This document shows positions 20,603 to 31,331 of a stretch of DNA of 64,000 nt, piece after piece. The first letter of the stretch is position 1. Every line of letters begins with the position of its first letter. The notes below the pieces were generated by a model. The model did no database searches, was not told the DNA's origin, and saw nothing but the letters and a program-made list of their open reading frames with translations. The stretch comes from a virus (Duplodnaviria > Heunggongvirae > Uroviricota > Caudoviricetes): positions 1 through 64,000 of IMG/VR virus record IMGVR_UViG_2645727811_000003; one strand, 5' to 3'. Position numbers and translations under genes: made by a program.

Positions 20603-21580
20603 TTAATTTTCAAGAAGGTCTTTAAGATCGTCTAGAATAACTGACATTACATCTGTCTGTTTTTTCGTACATTCTGTTACCTTTGCCCCTTGACCGAGAT
20701 GCTTTTCGGTTACCTCATTAACTTCCTCAAGTCTGCCTTCTTCGCTTAGCTTTGTACCAATTTCGATTATCTGCTCCATTAATTGATCATAGTCCAATTT
20801 CTCTGATGAGTTCTTTTGCTTTTGTTCTTCATATGTAACGGCTTGAATCCCCTCTGCTTCTTCTTGTCGTTTAATTGCTTCAATAACAGCCTTTTCAAGG
20901 TTCTCAGCAGTAAACTCCTCAATGTATGTATCAATATAATCAAAACGGCTTCGAGCAAAGAACTTATTTGTTTCAGCTAACCAAGCGCTAGATTTAATTA
21001 CCTTATTATCTTCATCTACACCATTTGAGCTAAGGAATAAGACTATATCGCTATTGTCGATTACTGGTGCGAGCACTCGCTTATCCCCTTTTGGAAGGAT
21101 TTTTCCATCCTTATCTTCAGTTGCGTGAGCAATAAAGACAACAGTGAATCCTACATTTAAGAGTTTGTTAATTTCCTCCCAGATTTCGGTTTCGTACTCT
21201 TTCCATAAACCGAATCCATCGTTCCCATCCTTAATTCGATCAACATCATATTGGTCACATACATATCTCGTAGCATATTTTGAGAAAGCGTCAACTTCAT
21301 CAACAATTATGGTTTGATAAACTTCTTTAGCCTTTTCGGGATTTTTTGTGAGCTGCTTGTTTACTTTTTTGAAATCTCCCCAGCTATTAATCGGCATGAA
21401 AGGAACTCCAGCAATTGCATTCAATCCTTTTTCAAATGGAAGATAAAGCGGCTTTTTCATTCTGGTGCTTTGTTTTGTTTTTCCTAAGTTGTTAGATCCG
21501 TATATCGTAATAACTTTTCCTTCAAGTCCTTTTGCTACTACAGAAATCTGAGGTTTAAAAATGTCTATCGCCATTAACAT
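20603..21580 (-). CDS. P-loop ATPase, replication-associated (RecA/AAA_24-like)
   Basis: Walker A GSNNLGKT and Walker B IIVDEVD; 325 aa. Confidence 0.55.
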   Translation of the reverse strand: MLMAIDIFKPQISVVAKGLEGKVITIYGSNNLGKTKQSTRMKKPLYLPFEKGLNAIAGVPFMPINSWGDFKKVNKQLTKNPEKAKEVYQTIIVDEVDAFSKYATRYVCDQYDVDRIKDGNDGFGLWKEYETEIWEEINKLLNVGFTVVFIAHATEDKDGKILPKGDKRVLAPVIDNSDIVLFLSSNGVDEDNKVIKSSAWLAETNKFFARSRFDYIDTYIEEFTAENLEKAVIEAIKRQEEAEGIQAVTYEEQKQKNSSEKLDYDQLMEQIIEIGTKLSEEGRLEEVNEVTEKHLGQGAKVTECTKKQTDVMSVILDDLKDLLEN

Positions 21581-21627
21581 TCTCCTTTTAATTATATTTA
21601 TATTGCTTTCTTAATAGCCATTAATTA

Positions 21628-22539
21628 TTAAAATGGCAAACTATCTTTAGAGATCGATTGAGACGAGCCTGTGACTGCTTTTCCTCCGAATCCAGTTTTC
21701 TTCTCATTTTTATTGCTTTTCTTACTGTCATTCTTCATTTCCTCTAGTTTAAGCTCTCTCTCAGTCAATGCTGCTTTAACTGCTGCTTCGTCAAAAGCTG
21801 CTTTATCGTCTTCGTCATATGGTTCAAAGCCACCTGTAATTAAGAATTCACGCTTTGTGTTATATGTAATGTTTTCTTTGTCTTTTCCAAATGCTGATTC
21901 TTGAACGGTCACTTTCACTTCTTTAAAATTAATGATATCCCCGAATACCTTAACGGTGTTCCCCTTTTCGTAATTCTTTTCTACGTAATCGGAACCCTCT
22001 TTTGTTACCGCAAATGTAAAGGGGATAATTTTTCCTCCATATAAAGGAATGTATCCTTCCAATAGAACTCTTCCCGTTTCTTCCCCTTTCACTTTTTCTT
22101 CTTTAACCCCTTTTACAAATAATTCAACTTCAAACTTTGCTCTCGGATTGTACTCTTCATCTGATTTTAGGCGGTTAACAAAGTTAGTGGACAATTGCGG
22201 GTATGACTTTAAATTGTCTTGGACATAAAATTCATTTAGTCCAATTTTCCCTTGTGTTATTCTAACTTTGTCAGCTTCTTCTTTACCATGAGTAGCTACA
22301 GACTTATAGTCATTAATTATTGTTTTATAACCCTTAGCAATCCCGTTTTCTGAGCCGTCTTCTTTTTTATACTTTGACATTCCAGTGACAGTATGTACTT
22401 CGTTTGGAGCTGTTTCGATATCTAGTTCAATATTTAGCCCTTCTCCACTTTTCCATTCGTTGTGACGAACTTCTAGAAGCAATCCCTCTAAAACTACTTT
22501 GTTTTCTGCTTCACGCAATACTGTTTGATTTTCTGACAT
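21628..22539 (-). CDS. hypothetical protein (303 aa), replication-module associated
   Basis: ORF in operon; K/E-rich C-terminus. Confidence 0.5.
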   Translation of the reverse strand: MSENQTVLREAENKVVLEGLLLEVRHNEWKSGEGLNIELDIETAPNEVHTVTGMSKYKKEDGSENGIAKGYKTIINDYKSVATHGKEEADKVRITQGKIGLNEFYVQDNLKSYPQLSTNFVNRLKSDEEYNPRAKFEVELFVKGVKEEKVKGEETGRVLLEGYIPLYGGKIIPFTFAVTKEGSDYVEKNYEKGNTVKVFGDIINFKEVKVTVQESAFGKDKENITYNTKREFLITGGFEPYDEDDKAAFDEAAVKAALTERELKLEEMKNDSKKSNKNEKKTGFGGKAVTGSSQSISKDSLPF

Positions 22540-22621
22540 TTAACAACACTCCTTTTAGTTCTTTTAATTAGTTTATAATTAATTTAATATACGCAAGACT
22601 ATTCTAAATCTCATATGTATA

Positions 22622-22954
22622 CTATCTGGCTGCACAATGCTTCCTGTAATACTTTATGTCTTTAATTCCTAAAGCTTTTGATAACTCTATGTATCTCTTC
22701 TTTGAAAATCTCGGTCTCTTATGATTTACGATTTTAATCACCTTGCCATTTCTGACAGTAATATGAAGATCATGATACATGTAAACCTTAGATAAGAGCC
22801 CGCTACGCAATACCCTCTCTGGAGCCTCAGCTTGTACTAAGTTAACATTCCGAGTGAGCTTTGCTCTTGCCTGATCTTCACTTATGTTTTTGTTCCCCTT
22901 GACGCACTCCCTGTAATAATTTAGAGCGTCTTCTGACACCTTCAGCATTTTCAT
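22622..22954 (-). CDS. hypothetical protein (110 aa)
   Basis: ORF; promoter directly upstream. Confidence 0.5.
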   Translation of the reverse strand: MKMLKVSEDALNYYRECVKGNKNISEDQARAKLTRNVNLVQAEAPERVLRSGLLSKVYMYHDLHITVRNGKVIKIVNHKRPRFSKKRYIELSKALGIKDIKYYRKHCAAR

Positions 22955-22985
22955 ATAATCACCTCTTTCTCATCAATATGTTTTT

Positions 22986-23014
22986 ATTATATGCTTTTAA
23001 TTTGTTTTTGTCTA
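22986..23014 (-). promoter_or_regulatory. sigma-A-like promoter: TAGACA, 17-nt spacer containing AAACAAATTAAAAG, TATAAT
   Basis: Read on the minus strand; divergent intergenic region 22955..23170. Confidence 0.5.
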
Positions 23015-23170
23015 TTGTTTTTCAAACATTTTTTAAATAAAAGGCTAGTTTTAATAGAATCCTGAATATCTTTAAATTTATTATCGAGGTATTTTCTAAT
23101 AAGACTTTTGAATCTTTATAAATCTTGAAGCATAATTTATAATTATAAAAAAAGTAAGAAAGGGTATTTC

Positions 23171-23542
23171 ATGGGTATTTTAAAAAAAATCATTATTGGC
23201 TTTTTGCTTTGCCATGTAATTTTGTTAACCTTGTTGTACTTCAACCTTTATATTATTGGAGCATTTGATGAATGGAATAATACTTTTATCTATGCAGCAA
23301 TCATCTTTTCCTACATTCCAGCAATGGCATTAATCGAATATTTTGTACTTAGCTATATGATTCGGCGTTTAAATTTAAATTTTATTATTTTCGTCGTATT
23401 GGTTTCTTTTTTAACTGCATTAGTCAACAGCATTTTCGTTTATTTTCAATCTAATGAAATCTATATGGCTAGCATTACTGCTATAAGCACATTAATAATG
23501 AGTTCTTTTCTGTCTTTTATGGAAAAAAAAGAAGCGCACTGA
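23171..23542 (+). CDS. small integral membrane protein (123 aa, ~4 TM)
   Basis: Hydrophobic throughout; terminator follows. Confidence 0.5.
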   Translation: MGILKKIIIGFLLCHVILLTLLYFNLYIIGAFDEWNNTFIYAAIIFSYIPAMALIEYFVLSYMIRRLNLNFIIFVVLVSFLTALVNSIFVYFQSNEIYMASITAISTLIMSSFLSFMEKKEAH

Positions 23543-23569
23543 TATATATTCAGTGCGCTTTAATTTTTT
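23532..23569. terminator. bidirectional rho-independent terminator
   Basis: AAGCGCACTG-atatatatt-CAGTGCGCTT hairpin with a T-run. Confidence 0.6.
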
Positions 23570-24932
23570 ATGGTTTAATATCAATGTTCATTTTAGCTGA
23601 AGGCATTGGCGGGAATAGATATTCGAACCCCTTGTTACTTGCCTTAAAAAGTGTAATCATCGCATCAGAATAAGGGATATATGCATACATTTCATGACTC
23701 GGTGCCTGGTCTCTTGTCCCACTTACTGTGATGCGGCCGCTCTTATATATAACTACTCCGGCCGTATAATCTATTGCAGGAGTTGTCCAGCCAAAGTCGT
23801 TAAAGCCAACTGTAGCAGCATGTTTAATCACAAAGTAATTCATGCTTTTATCTTTTTTCCCTTGGGTGAAAGTAATGTTTTTATCCGTTGGCTTCTGCTG
23901 CTTTTTAAAATTGCCATCCTTGTCGTATAACCTAGTATAGTTTACGTCTTTTCTGAAATAAGTACTTGAACCACTGCTGGTAAATCTAGCAACCGCCTCA
24001 GTTTGAGTTCGATGTGACCCTCCAGAAAAACTAAAGGATCTATTGTCTCCACCAAATTTATCTCCGCCAATCCAGCCACTAAAAATGGATGCAGCAGGTG
24101 CATACTTAGTCGGAATGAATGTGCGATATTTAATACCCATTTGGTTTGGGTGCGGCCCCACTGGTGGCTCCCAAGCTAAACTGTTCAGATTCTCTTTTTG
24201 TTCCGGTACTTTAATGGCCTTTATATATTCGTAAGGACGATAATAATAATCTTTGAACTGGTCAAAACTTAACTTTTGATTTCTTTTTTTGAATTCTTCA
24301 TTTACCTTTTCGATTTCAGCCGGGCTTAACTTTTTCAATACAACAAATTTATAGACATAGGTTTTGCCAGCTTCAACTTCATCATCTACAAAAGTCGTTC
24401 CCGCATTATTATCTATTAATTCATCATTTTTATAAACTTCAATCTTCCCATCTAAATCATCTCGGATTTTTCCTCTTAACTTTAAAGTTAATACATTATC
24501 ATTAATAGTACTATCTATGTGCTCCTCAGCTTTTAACGGGTCAGGCATATCTTCGTCTGAGACTTCTTGTGTTGATATACGTTGCTCAGGTAGGGTCGTT
24601 GTATCAACACTAACCATATCTTTTCTTTTCCCATTTTCATACGATACAATATCATATCCCTGTGGACTTCTGGGCTTTAAATTCTTATGTACATACTTAG
24701 ATTCTGTACCTTTCCATAGCAGCTTCCCATCTGAATACACTTCATACTTATCGCCAGTATCATTCCAATCTAAAGTGATTGTGCTTTCATTTGATATAAT
24801 CTCTGTTTCCAATTCTCCCCCTTTTGCAAAAGCTGTTTGAGCCGAGAAAACAAGTGCCATAGATGTCAATCCTGCCAGTACCTTTTTATTCAAAAAATCC
24901 CCTCCCTTTACATTGCTAGTATAAATTAACAT
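23568..24932 (-). CDS. secreted protein with signal peptide (454 aa)
   Basis: N-terminal LAGLTSMALVFSAQTAFA signal; no catalytic motif recognised. Confidence 0.55.
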   Translation of the reverse strand: MLIYTSNVKGGDFLNKKVLAGLTSMALVFSAQTAFAKGGELETEIISNESTITLDWNDTGDKYEVYSDGKLLWKGTESKYVHKNLKPRSPQGYDIVSYENGKRKDMVSVDTTTLPEQRISTQEVSDEDMPDPLKAEEHIDSTINDNVLTLKLRGKIRDDLDGKIEVYKNDELIDNNAGTTFVDDEVEAGKTYVYKFVVLKKLSPAEIEKVNEEFKKRNQKLSFDQFKDYYYRPYEYIKAIKVPEQKENLNSLAWEPPVGPHPNQMGIKYRTFIPTKYAPAASIFSGWIGGDKFGGDNRSFSFSGGSHRTQTEAVARFTSSGSSTYFRKDVNYTRLYDKDGNFKKQQKPTDKNITFTQGKKDKSMNYFVIKHAATVGFNDFGWTTPAIDYTAGVVIYKSGRITVSGTRDQAPSHEMYAYIPYSDAMITLFKASNKGFEYLFPPMPSAKMNIDIKP

Positions 24933-25055
24933 AAAACTTTACCAAAAACAAGTGTATTTCTTGTTTTTTGATTTCCAACCAAATATTACAGATTGTGAAA
25001 AAACAAGGATGCCATATTTAAGACATCCTTTTACAATCCTTCTTAAATATTGCTT

Positions 25056-25319
25056 TCAAAAGCCCTCTTCATACAATGCCTTCTCCAAGCACCTCAGTTC
25101 CTCAAGCTCACACTGAACTTTTCCTAATTCACATTTAACTTTTTCGAGGTTGCCATTTTCTAACTGTAGTAAATCTGTCAAACGTCTAATCTTAGCCTCA
25201 ATTTTTGCCTTTTGAGTGAGTAAGGCGCTTTGCTGCTGCAGTAATTGCCTCCTAACCAAATCAATTGTTTCTTTTGTGCATTGTCCTCCGCATAGTTGCT
25301 CAACTGACACATTAAACAC
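25056..25319 (-). CDS. small coiled-coil protein (87 aa)
   Basis: Heptad Q/L/E-rich. Confidence 0.4.
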   Translation of the reverse strand: MFNVSVEQLCGGQCTKETIDLVRRQLLQQQSALLTQKAKIEAKIRRLTDLLQLENGNLEKVKCELGKVQCELEELRCLEKALYEEGF

Positions 25320-25334
25320 TCCCTGTCATTTTAA

Positions 25335-25607
25335 TTAGTATTTTATTCTCGAATTTTCTCTTTTTGTTTTAAAATAATGATCGGCAGCTTCAGTAAAAGT
25401 TAATTTTCCCCCTCTCAATTGAAAAAGCTCGCATTTCTCCATATCTCGGAGCTCATCTTTCATCTTTTTGCAATATCTCACAAGTACTTTCCCTCTTGTT
25501 GCTGTCTTGTCTTTATGTAGCACATCTGCAGTCTTATATTCTGAATAGAATTCGCATTGCTCACAGGTATTTTTAAATAAACTAAACAAAAAGCCACCTA
25601 CTTTCAA
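25335..25607 (-). CDS. hypothetical small protein (90 aa)
   Basis: ORF track. Confidence 0.4.
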   Translation of the reverse strand: MKVGGFLFSLFKNTCEQCEFYSEYKTADVLHKDKTATRGKVLVRYCKKMKDELRDMEKCELFQLRGGKLTFTEAADHYFKTKRENSRIKY

Positions 25608-25833
25608 ATAAAAGATTGTTTTTATTCAGAAGTTAAGTAATCATTCCTCGATTGCCCGCTCTGCAACTCATTCCGCCGCTTCCAATGCTTCCCTTGCGTA
25701 TCTCGCATACTTACAAATCACTAATTCAGGCGCAGTCCTCGCTTTTTCCATTTTCGCGATCTACTCAAGGGCGTTTCTGTACCGTTCTTTCTCCTTTTTT
25801 ATCCGCCTGATTTCTTGCCGCAGCCATTGACCT

Positions 25834-26082
25834 TCATCGAAAAGAGCGACATTGATTTCCTCTTGTGTCATCTGCCCCATCATCCCGCCTCCTCTTCTTC
25901 TCGATATAAATGACTCTCACGCCTCTTTTCCGCTGTTCTGCGATTTCGATAGAAATACGGAAGTAGTCGGCTGCCTCACCGAACAAGTCCGAAACGGAAG
26001 CCGCAGCAACACCAATATAATAAAACACCCAATCCAGCGCAACAAACGCCCACTTAAACGGATAGAGTAGGCGGTGCATCAT
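25834..26082 (-). CDS. small membrane protein (82 aa) inside a GC-rich insert
   Basis: TM segment WAFVALDWVFYYIGVAAA; its start overlaps the stop of the upstream zinc-ribbon ORF (ATGA). Confidence 0.4.
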   Translation of the reverse strand: MMHRLLYPFKWAFVALDWVFYYIGVAAASVSDLFGEAADYFRISIEIAEQRKRGVRVIYIEKKRRRDDGADDTRGNQCRSFR

Positions 26083-26222
26083 CCTGTTCCCTCCAATACT
26101 TCACTTGGAATCATGTTTCCACACTCTGGGCACTCGTAAATATCCATATGCCATAGTTCTAATTCGCTTTCGCCGCAGCTAGGGCAAATAATATCCTCCG
26201 TCATTCCGCCGCCTCCCGTCAT
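26079..26222 (-). CDS. zinc-ribbon mini-protein (47 aa)
   Basis: Translated by hand: MTGGGGMTEDIICPSCGESELELWHMDIYECPECGNMIPSEVLEGTG. It falls below the ORF-track cutoff. Confidence 0.35.
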   Translation of the reverse strand: MTGGGGMTEDIICPSCGESELELWHMDIYECPECGNMIPSEVLEGTG

Positions 26223-26322
26223 CTTGTAACCATTGTTCAATCTGTTTTTCCCTGTATCCGGCCTGCAGCATCCTCTGAACCCGCCTTATTTGTTCACTTT
26301 TAATTTGTATAAAAAATTACTT

Positions 26323-27039
26323 TTATGCGAATTTTTCATGTTTCTTATTAAAATAATCTAAATTGCTAATAAACCCTTGTATCTTGCTGTCCTTAATCTT
26401 AACAAATTCAGTGACATACTCATTGAGTTCCTTTAGAGTTCTGCTTGTATACTCATCAGCTTCTTTAACATATTTTTCAAACCAAAATTCCACATTGTCA
26501 TCAACACTTGTGTTTTTAAACACAAAATATGGATAATGTTTTTCATTAATTGCTAATATATCGTCTGCAATTTCATTAAAACGCTCAAGTATATGTTCAT
26601 ACGTCAAAACTGAAATGCCCTCAGAGTCTTTATGAAATTCTTTATTCATTTGAGCAAAATCTTTAAGAGCTTTTGCTATTTGCTCCTTATCTTTAGTGAA
26701 AAATATTTGCTGATTAGTGATTTCCCAACAAATGCGATCTGAAAAATTATCACAACTGTTCATGAGTTGATTTAATTTCTTGTTGAGTTCCTCTCCATCC
26801 CATCCAATAATGCTTTTTTTAAAACCAAATGGTGTTTGAATATCATTATGCATATATTTATCAAGTAAAACATCCCATACCACAGGGCTAAACCACCATG
26901 AGTTTTTATATTCATTTTTTACAAATCCATTAAACTTCGAATCAATTGTATAAATGCTGCTCTTGCTCATTTTTCTTCCCCTTCCCTTATTCCCTGGATA
27001 AATATCGTTTTTATATAAAAATTTCATCAGCTTCTTCAT
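26323..27039 (-). CDS. hypothetical protein (238 aa)
   Basis: ORF track. Confidence 0.5.
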   Translation of the reverse strand: MKKLMKFLYKNDIYPGNKGRGRKMSKSSIYTIDSKFNGFVKNEYKNSWWFSPVVWDVLLDKYMHNDIQTPFGFKKSIIGWDGEELNKKLNQLMNSCDNFSDRICWEITNQQIFFTKDKEQIAKALKDFAQMNKEFHKDSEGISVLTYEHILERFNEIADDILAINEKHYPYFVFKNTSVDDNVEFWFEKYVKEADEYTSRTLKELNEYVTEFVKIKDSKIQGFISNLDYFNKKHEKFA

Positions 27040-28261
27040 CTTCTTCGCCGTTTATTGTTGAGTCATTGATATTCTCTAAATATGTCTCCCATTCCTTCTG
27101 TGGAACCTCTCTTAATACGAAGCATGACTTAGCTTCAACAGTTCCATACTCAGCTTCAATGAAGTCTTCTTCTTTAATTGACACTTCAATCAGTGCTTTG
27201 TTATCACGGTTATAATATGACGATTTATCAATTGCTGACTTTTCATTGAAGAATAACTTGCCCTCTCCTGACCATAACGTTATGTCCCCTTTTGCAATAG
27301 CCATTTCTCCTACCACATACTCAAAGTCTTCGTCCCAAAAACTTGTCAGTCTTCCATCTCCTCTTTTTCTTACAAATTTGTAAAACCGTTCATTTTTAAA
27401 GAAGTCTCCAGCGTCTATCTTGATCTCTTGTACTGGAGCTGCACATGAAATTTTCAAGTATCCGTCATGTCCAATTCTATATTTATCATCATTTATTGTG
27501 ATTGTTTTAACTGGACTCTTATTGATAGTATCTAAAATATCATCAAGATCTTTGAATTTTAATGAAACAGGCTCTTTAAAATACTCATCATCTAAGTGGA
27601 TATTTGCGATTTGGTCAATAACTTTTTGCAAATCGAAAGGTTCATCATTTTCTTCTTCGAATAGCTTGTCATAATTTACTCCATACATCCCTCCTATGTG
27701 TTCCTTAAGCTCTTCGTATGTATCAATATTTAAATTCATACAAGCAAGAACTACACGGATTAATTCTGATTTAGAAATGGTGTACCCTTTGTCGATGTAT
27801 TTTTGTATTCTAATAAGTGAAACAATCGGAAAAGCTGTTCCACTATTAAACCTCAGCACACGCTGAGAATTGTGTTTTAAAAAATCGTTATGTAGGTTGA
27901 ACTCCTCAGTTTTAAAATCAAATGCACCCATGCAAACTGTATAGTCAAAAGTTTCAAAGATCTCTTTTGGATCGGTAAAAAATCTAAAATGGATCATTTG
28001 TACTTTTAATTCACCTTTTATAAATAATGCTGCTTTCTTTGTGAGAGATGCTACATAAATGCCATCCTGCCAATATTCACTCAAAAAATCACAGGCCAGT
28101 TTGTCACTTCTAAAGTATAGATCAATATCATTAATCGCTTTATTATTGAATAGGCTTGTAATTGCTCCACCAGCAATAATAACTTCATATTTCTTTAAAG
28201 ATTTCACTAAGTCTTCCCCTAGATAAGCATACAGTTTATTTTTTTCAAATTGATAATTCAT
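27011..28261 (-). CDS. hypothetical protein (416 aa)
   Basis: Start preceded by AAACAAATTAAAAGGAG; no motif recognised. Confidence 0.5.
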   Translation of the reverse strand: MNYQFEKNKLYAYLGEDLVKSLKKYEVIIAGGAITSLFNNKAINDIDLYFRSDKLACDFLSEYWQDGIYVASLTKKAALFIKGELKVQMIHFRFFTDPKEIFETFDYTVCMGAFDFKTEEFNLHNDFLKHNSQRVLRFNSGTAFPIVSLIRIQKYIDKGYTISKSELIRVVLACMNLNIDTYEELKEHIGGMYGVNYDKLFEEENDEPFDLQKVIDQIANIHLDDEYFKEPVSLKFKDLDDILDTINKSPVKTITINDDKYRIGHDGYLKISCAAPVQEIKIDAGDFFKNERFYKFVRKRGDGRLTSFWDEDFEYVVGEMAIAKGDITLWSGEGKLFFNEKSAIDKSSYYNRDNKALIEVSIKEEDFIEAEYGTVEAKSCFVLREVPQKEWETYLENINDSTINGEEDEEADEIFI

Positions 28262-28436
28262 TATTATCTCCTTTTAATTTGTTTAAAATTTCTGTTTTAA
28301 CTAAACCGGACTTTTTCAATTTGTTGCAGCAACTCTCTTTTCGATTTATAATCAAAAGACAACTCATTAATTACAAACGCCAATTGACTAAATGGTTTCC
28401 CGATATCTCTACTGAATTTTAATATGGAAAGCTTGC

Positions 28437-28661
28437 TCATCTAATCCCTCTCCTCAACTTGTTTTTATCCATCACATCAACAACATAAGCTTCAAATTCC
28501 TTATCCCAATAAGGCTCTGTTCTTGCTATGTACTTTTTAAAGCAGCCATCTTCCTCAATCATAAATGTCTGGCCGCGTTCTATTTCAGTGAATTTCTTCT
28601 TTGTCCAGATCCCCCTAATCAATACTTTCACATCTTTAATCTGCACTGTTGTTTGGTGCAT
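28437..28661 (-). CDS. hypothetical small protein (74 aa)
   Basis: ORF track. Confidence 0.4.
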   Translation of the reverse strand: MHQTTVQIKDVKVLIRGIWTKKKFTEIERGQTFMIEEDGCFKKYIARTEPYWDKEFEAYVVDVMDKNKLRRGIR

Positions 28662-28754
28662 TACATCCCTCCTTTTAATCCATTAAGTACCATCAGCATT
28701 TTGCTTTAAATAACATCTCTCCTTAGATAAGATGTTTAAATGGAGGTGGTTTTT

Positions 28755-29567
28755 TTGTTTATAGCTCCAATGCTGCTTGATTCAGCTAAAGAGCCATTTG
28801 ATGATGAAAACTATATTACTGAGCTTAAATTTGATGGGATACGGATCATTCTTTCTAATCAAGATGGCAAGATTAAGCTTTACACGCGCCATAATAATGA
28901 AGTCACCAATAAATTCCCTGAGCTGCATGATATTGATATTCCCGAAGGGACAGTCTTAGATGGGGAAATTATCGTTACCAATTCTGATGGGTTGCCCGAT
29001 TTTGAATCTGTTATGGAACGTTTTCAATCAAGCAAATCTTCTCATCAAATTGTTTATTGCGTGTTCGATGTCATAAGATTAAATGAAATATCAATAGCTT
29101 CAAATCCACTTTTAAAACGCAAGGAATTCCTTAGATCACTAAATCTTAACCATCCAAATATCTTTGTGATTGAAGGAGTACAAGGCAAAGGAAAAGCCTA
29201 TTTTGAAATGACTAAAGAAAAGAACCTTGAAGGAATCGTGCTTAAGAAAGCAAACTCCCCTTACGAGATCAACAAGAGATCGGAAAACTGGATCAAGGTT
29301 ATAAATTATCAGTACACTGACGTGCTCATTACTGGATACACTAAGGAAGATATCAAGTTTCTTCTCAGTTACCCTGACGGTTTATCTGCCGGGTTCATGG
29401 AATTTATGCCATTCGATGAACGCAAATACTTCCACTCTATCAAACAAATAGAATATGAAAATGACGATTATGTATTCATTAAGCCTTTATTATGTAATGT
29501 GAAGCACCGTTTTAAGACTAAAAATGGCAAACTTCGTATCCCCTCATTTAATTCCTGGAGAGATTAA
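28755..29567 (+). CDS. ligB: ATP-dependent DNA ligase (compact phage type). The start is probably TTG at 28755, after a GGAGGTG RBS.
   Basis: Adenylation motif I ELKFDGIR (KxDG); about 270 aa; the only plus-strand gene in this stretch. Confidence 0.75.
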   Translation: MFIAPMLLDSAKEPFDDENYITELKFDGIRIILSNQDGKIKLYTRHNNEVTNKFPELHDIDIPEGTVLDGEIIVTNSDGLPDFESVMERFQSSKSSHQIVYCVFDVIRLNEISIASNPLLKRKEFLRSLNLNHPNIFVIEGVQGKGKAYFEMTKEKNLEGIVLKKANSPYEINKRSENWIKVINYQYTDVLITGYTKEDIKFLLSYPDGLSAGFMEFMPFDERKYFHSIKQIEYENDDYVFIKPLLCNVKHRFKTKNGKLRIPSFNSWRD

Positions 29568-29576
29568 TACTCTCCG

Positions 29577-29825
29577 TTACATAGCTTCTTCTAAAACAAA
29601 TTCAAAAATTTTATTCTTCACATACGATTTACCTTCGTATACATCGATAATTCTCCATTTTTTAAACATATCGCAATACCATGTAACTGCATATTTTGCG
29701 TGTTTCAATGAACTGAAAGCTTCTGCATCTCCCGGACAGGCCACTTCGATATAGGGGTGTTCTAATGACTCGCTCCCATTATGTTTCAAATAGAATTCCG
29801 TTTCGATGTTTTGAATGATAAACAC
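29577..29825 (-). CDS. hypothetical small protein (82 aa)
   Basis: ORF track. Confidence 0.4.
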   Translation of the reverse strand: MFIIQNIETEFYLKHNGSESLEHPYIEVACPGDAEAFSSLKHAKYAVTWYCDMFKKWRIIDVYEGKSYVKNKIFEFVLEEAM

Positions 29826-29851
29826 ACAATTCCTCCTTCATAATAAAATAA

Positions 29852-30367
29852 CTATTTGATCTTAATTGAATCCCAATCAAATGTTTCTAATATCTTCAAT
29901 AGTCGTTCCACTTTAGGCGCTCTCCAAGCTGTCATAGCATAAGTATGAGCTTTTGAAGTGTAATGATGCTTATTCGATTTGATGTGACTCTTTGCTTCTT
30001 TTTTGGTCAAAAACATTGTATTTGGTTGTATAATGTGAACCTTTCTTTCTGGAATTAACTCTGCTTCTTCATCTATGTATTTTTGAATCCACTCAATAGC
30101 TTCGTCATAGTCTTCCCCAATTTCTTTCAGCTCAGTTAGGCATTCTTCAGACAGCTCACTATCTTTTTTTATTTCTTCCAGATAATCATCTAAAACATAT
30201 GATTCTGCATTATATGGCAGGTATACAGAATAGCGCTCTGCGTTCTCCTCCCGAGCTTCGACCCATTCATAATCACCGACTGTCCAAAATCGTGATGCAG
30301 CTTGACCGTCGTTTTCTTGCGTTCTCAATTCTTCTTGCAACTCTTTTAAAAACTGGATATCTCCCAC
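29852..30367 (-). CDS. hypothetical acidic protein (171 aa)
   Basis: ORF track. Confidence 0.45.
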   Translation of the reverse strand: MGDIQFLKELQEELRTQENDGQAASRFWTVGDYEWVEAREENAERYSVYLPYNAESYVLDDYLEEIKKDSELSEECLTELKEIGEDYDEAIEWIQKYIDEEAELIPERKVHIIQPNTMFLTKKEAKSHIKSNKHHYTSKAHTYAMTAWRAPKVERLLKILETFDWDSIKIK

Positions 30368-30399
30368 ATAATACCTCCCATCTCGTTAAAAACATGCTT

Positions 30400-30804
30400 T
30401 TATCTAAACTCTAATGGTTCATTTAATTCATGTGCTAGTCTGCAGCCAGCAATAAACTGTTTTGTGCACACTATGTATCCACCATCACGTAATATATGAC
30501 CATGAGGCATTTCTTTTTTCGCTAACTCTTCTACATATGGCAAGATGGCTTCTAGTTCATCCGCAACAATTTTACACATTTCAGGACTAATTTCACCATC
30601 ACAATCTGAATGACCGAAAAACTCAGTTAGTCCCTTATGCGTTTTTGTGGAATAGCCCTCACCAAAATACCAATGGCCATCCTTTAATTTTTTATCATCA
30701 TGAGGTGGCCAACTACCTCCAATTGATCTTAATAAAAACCTTCTAAGATTATTAAACGCCGAGTATGCTCCACTGAAGGCGCCATGTGTCACATCTAAAC
30801 CCAT
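30400..30804 (-). CDS. hypothetical protein (134 aa)
   Basis: ORF track; motif upstream. Confidence 0.45.
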   Translation of the reverse strand: MGLDVTHGAFSGAYSAFNNLRRFLLRSIGGSWPPHDDKKLKDGHWYFGEGYSTKTHKGLTEFFGHSDCDGEISPEMCKIVADELEAILPYVEELAKKEMPHGHILRDGGYIVCTKQFIAGCRLAHELNEPLEFR

Positions 30805-31071
30805 ATAATCCTCCTCCCACTCGATAAAGCCATCTTTTCTTTTAATTTGTTTAAAATGACGATTTTAACTTAATCTATCGCTTCATTACTTGTTTTTAAA
30901 ATTCGTTTTTCCCGATTAAAACATGTGCAAAATCTTCTCCTGGGTAATTGTTTAGAATAAAATCCATACATTCCCATTCAATTCCTTCAAAAAGTGTAGC
31001 GTTGTTTCGGGAATCAAAAACTCGATAACCCTTTTCCATATCCTTCATTCTCCTTTCCAGCTCTCGTGCCA

Positions 31072-31272
31072 TTACATAACCTTATATTTTTTAAAAAAGC
31101 CTTCCATCATATATAAGACTAACCAAGATAAATCTTTCATGCTTTCAGCATGTCCAACTCTTGAAATCGTGGAAACTTCAATATCGTTAAACTCGATCCC
31201 TTTTTCGTCGCATTTTTCAATTAGTTTTTGTGTCTTTCTTTTTAATCGTGCGAACTCTTTTTCTTCCTCCAT
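31072..31272 (-). CDS. hypothetical small protein (66 aa)
   Basis: ORF track. Confidence 0.35.
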   Translation of the reverse strand: MEEEKEFARLKRKTQKLIEKCDEKGIEFNDIEVSTISRVGHAESMKDLSWLVLYMMEGFFKKYKVM

Positions 31273-31331
31273 GCCCTCACCTTCCCAGCTCCGGCCGCTA
31301 TTTTAATTAGTGATTGGCTCATACACCATAT

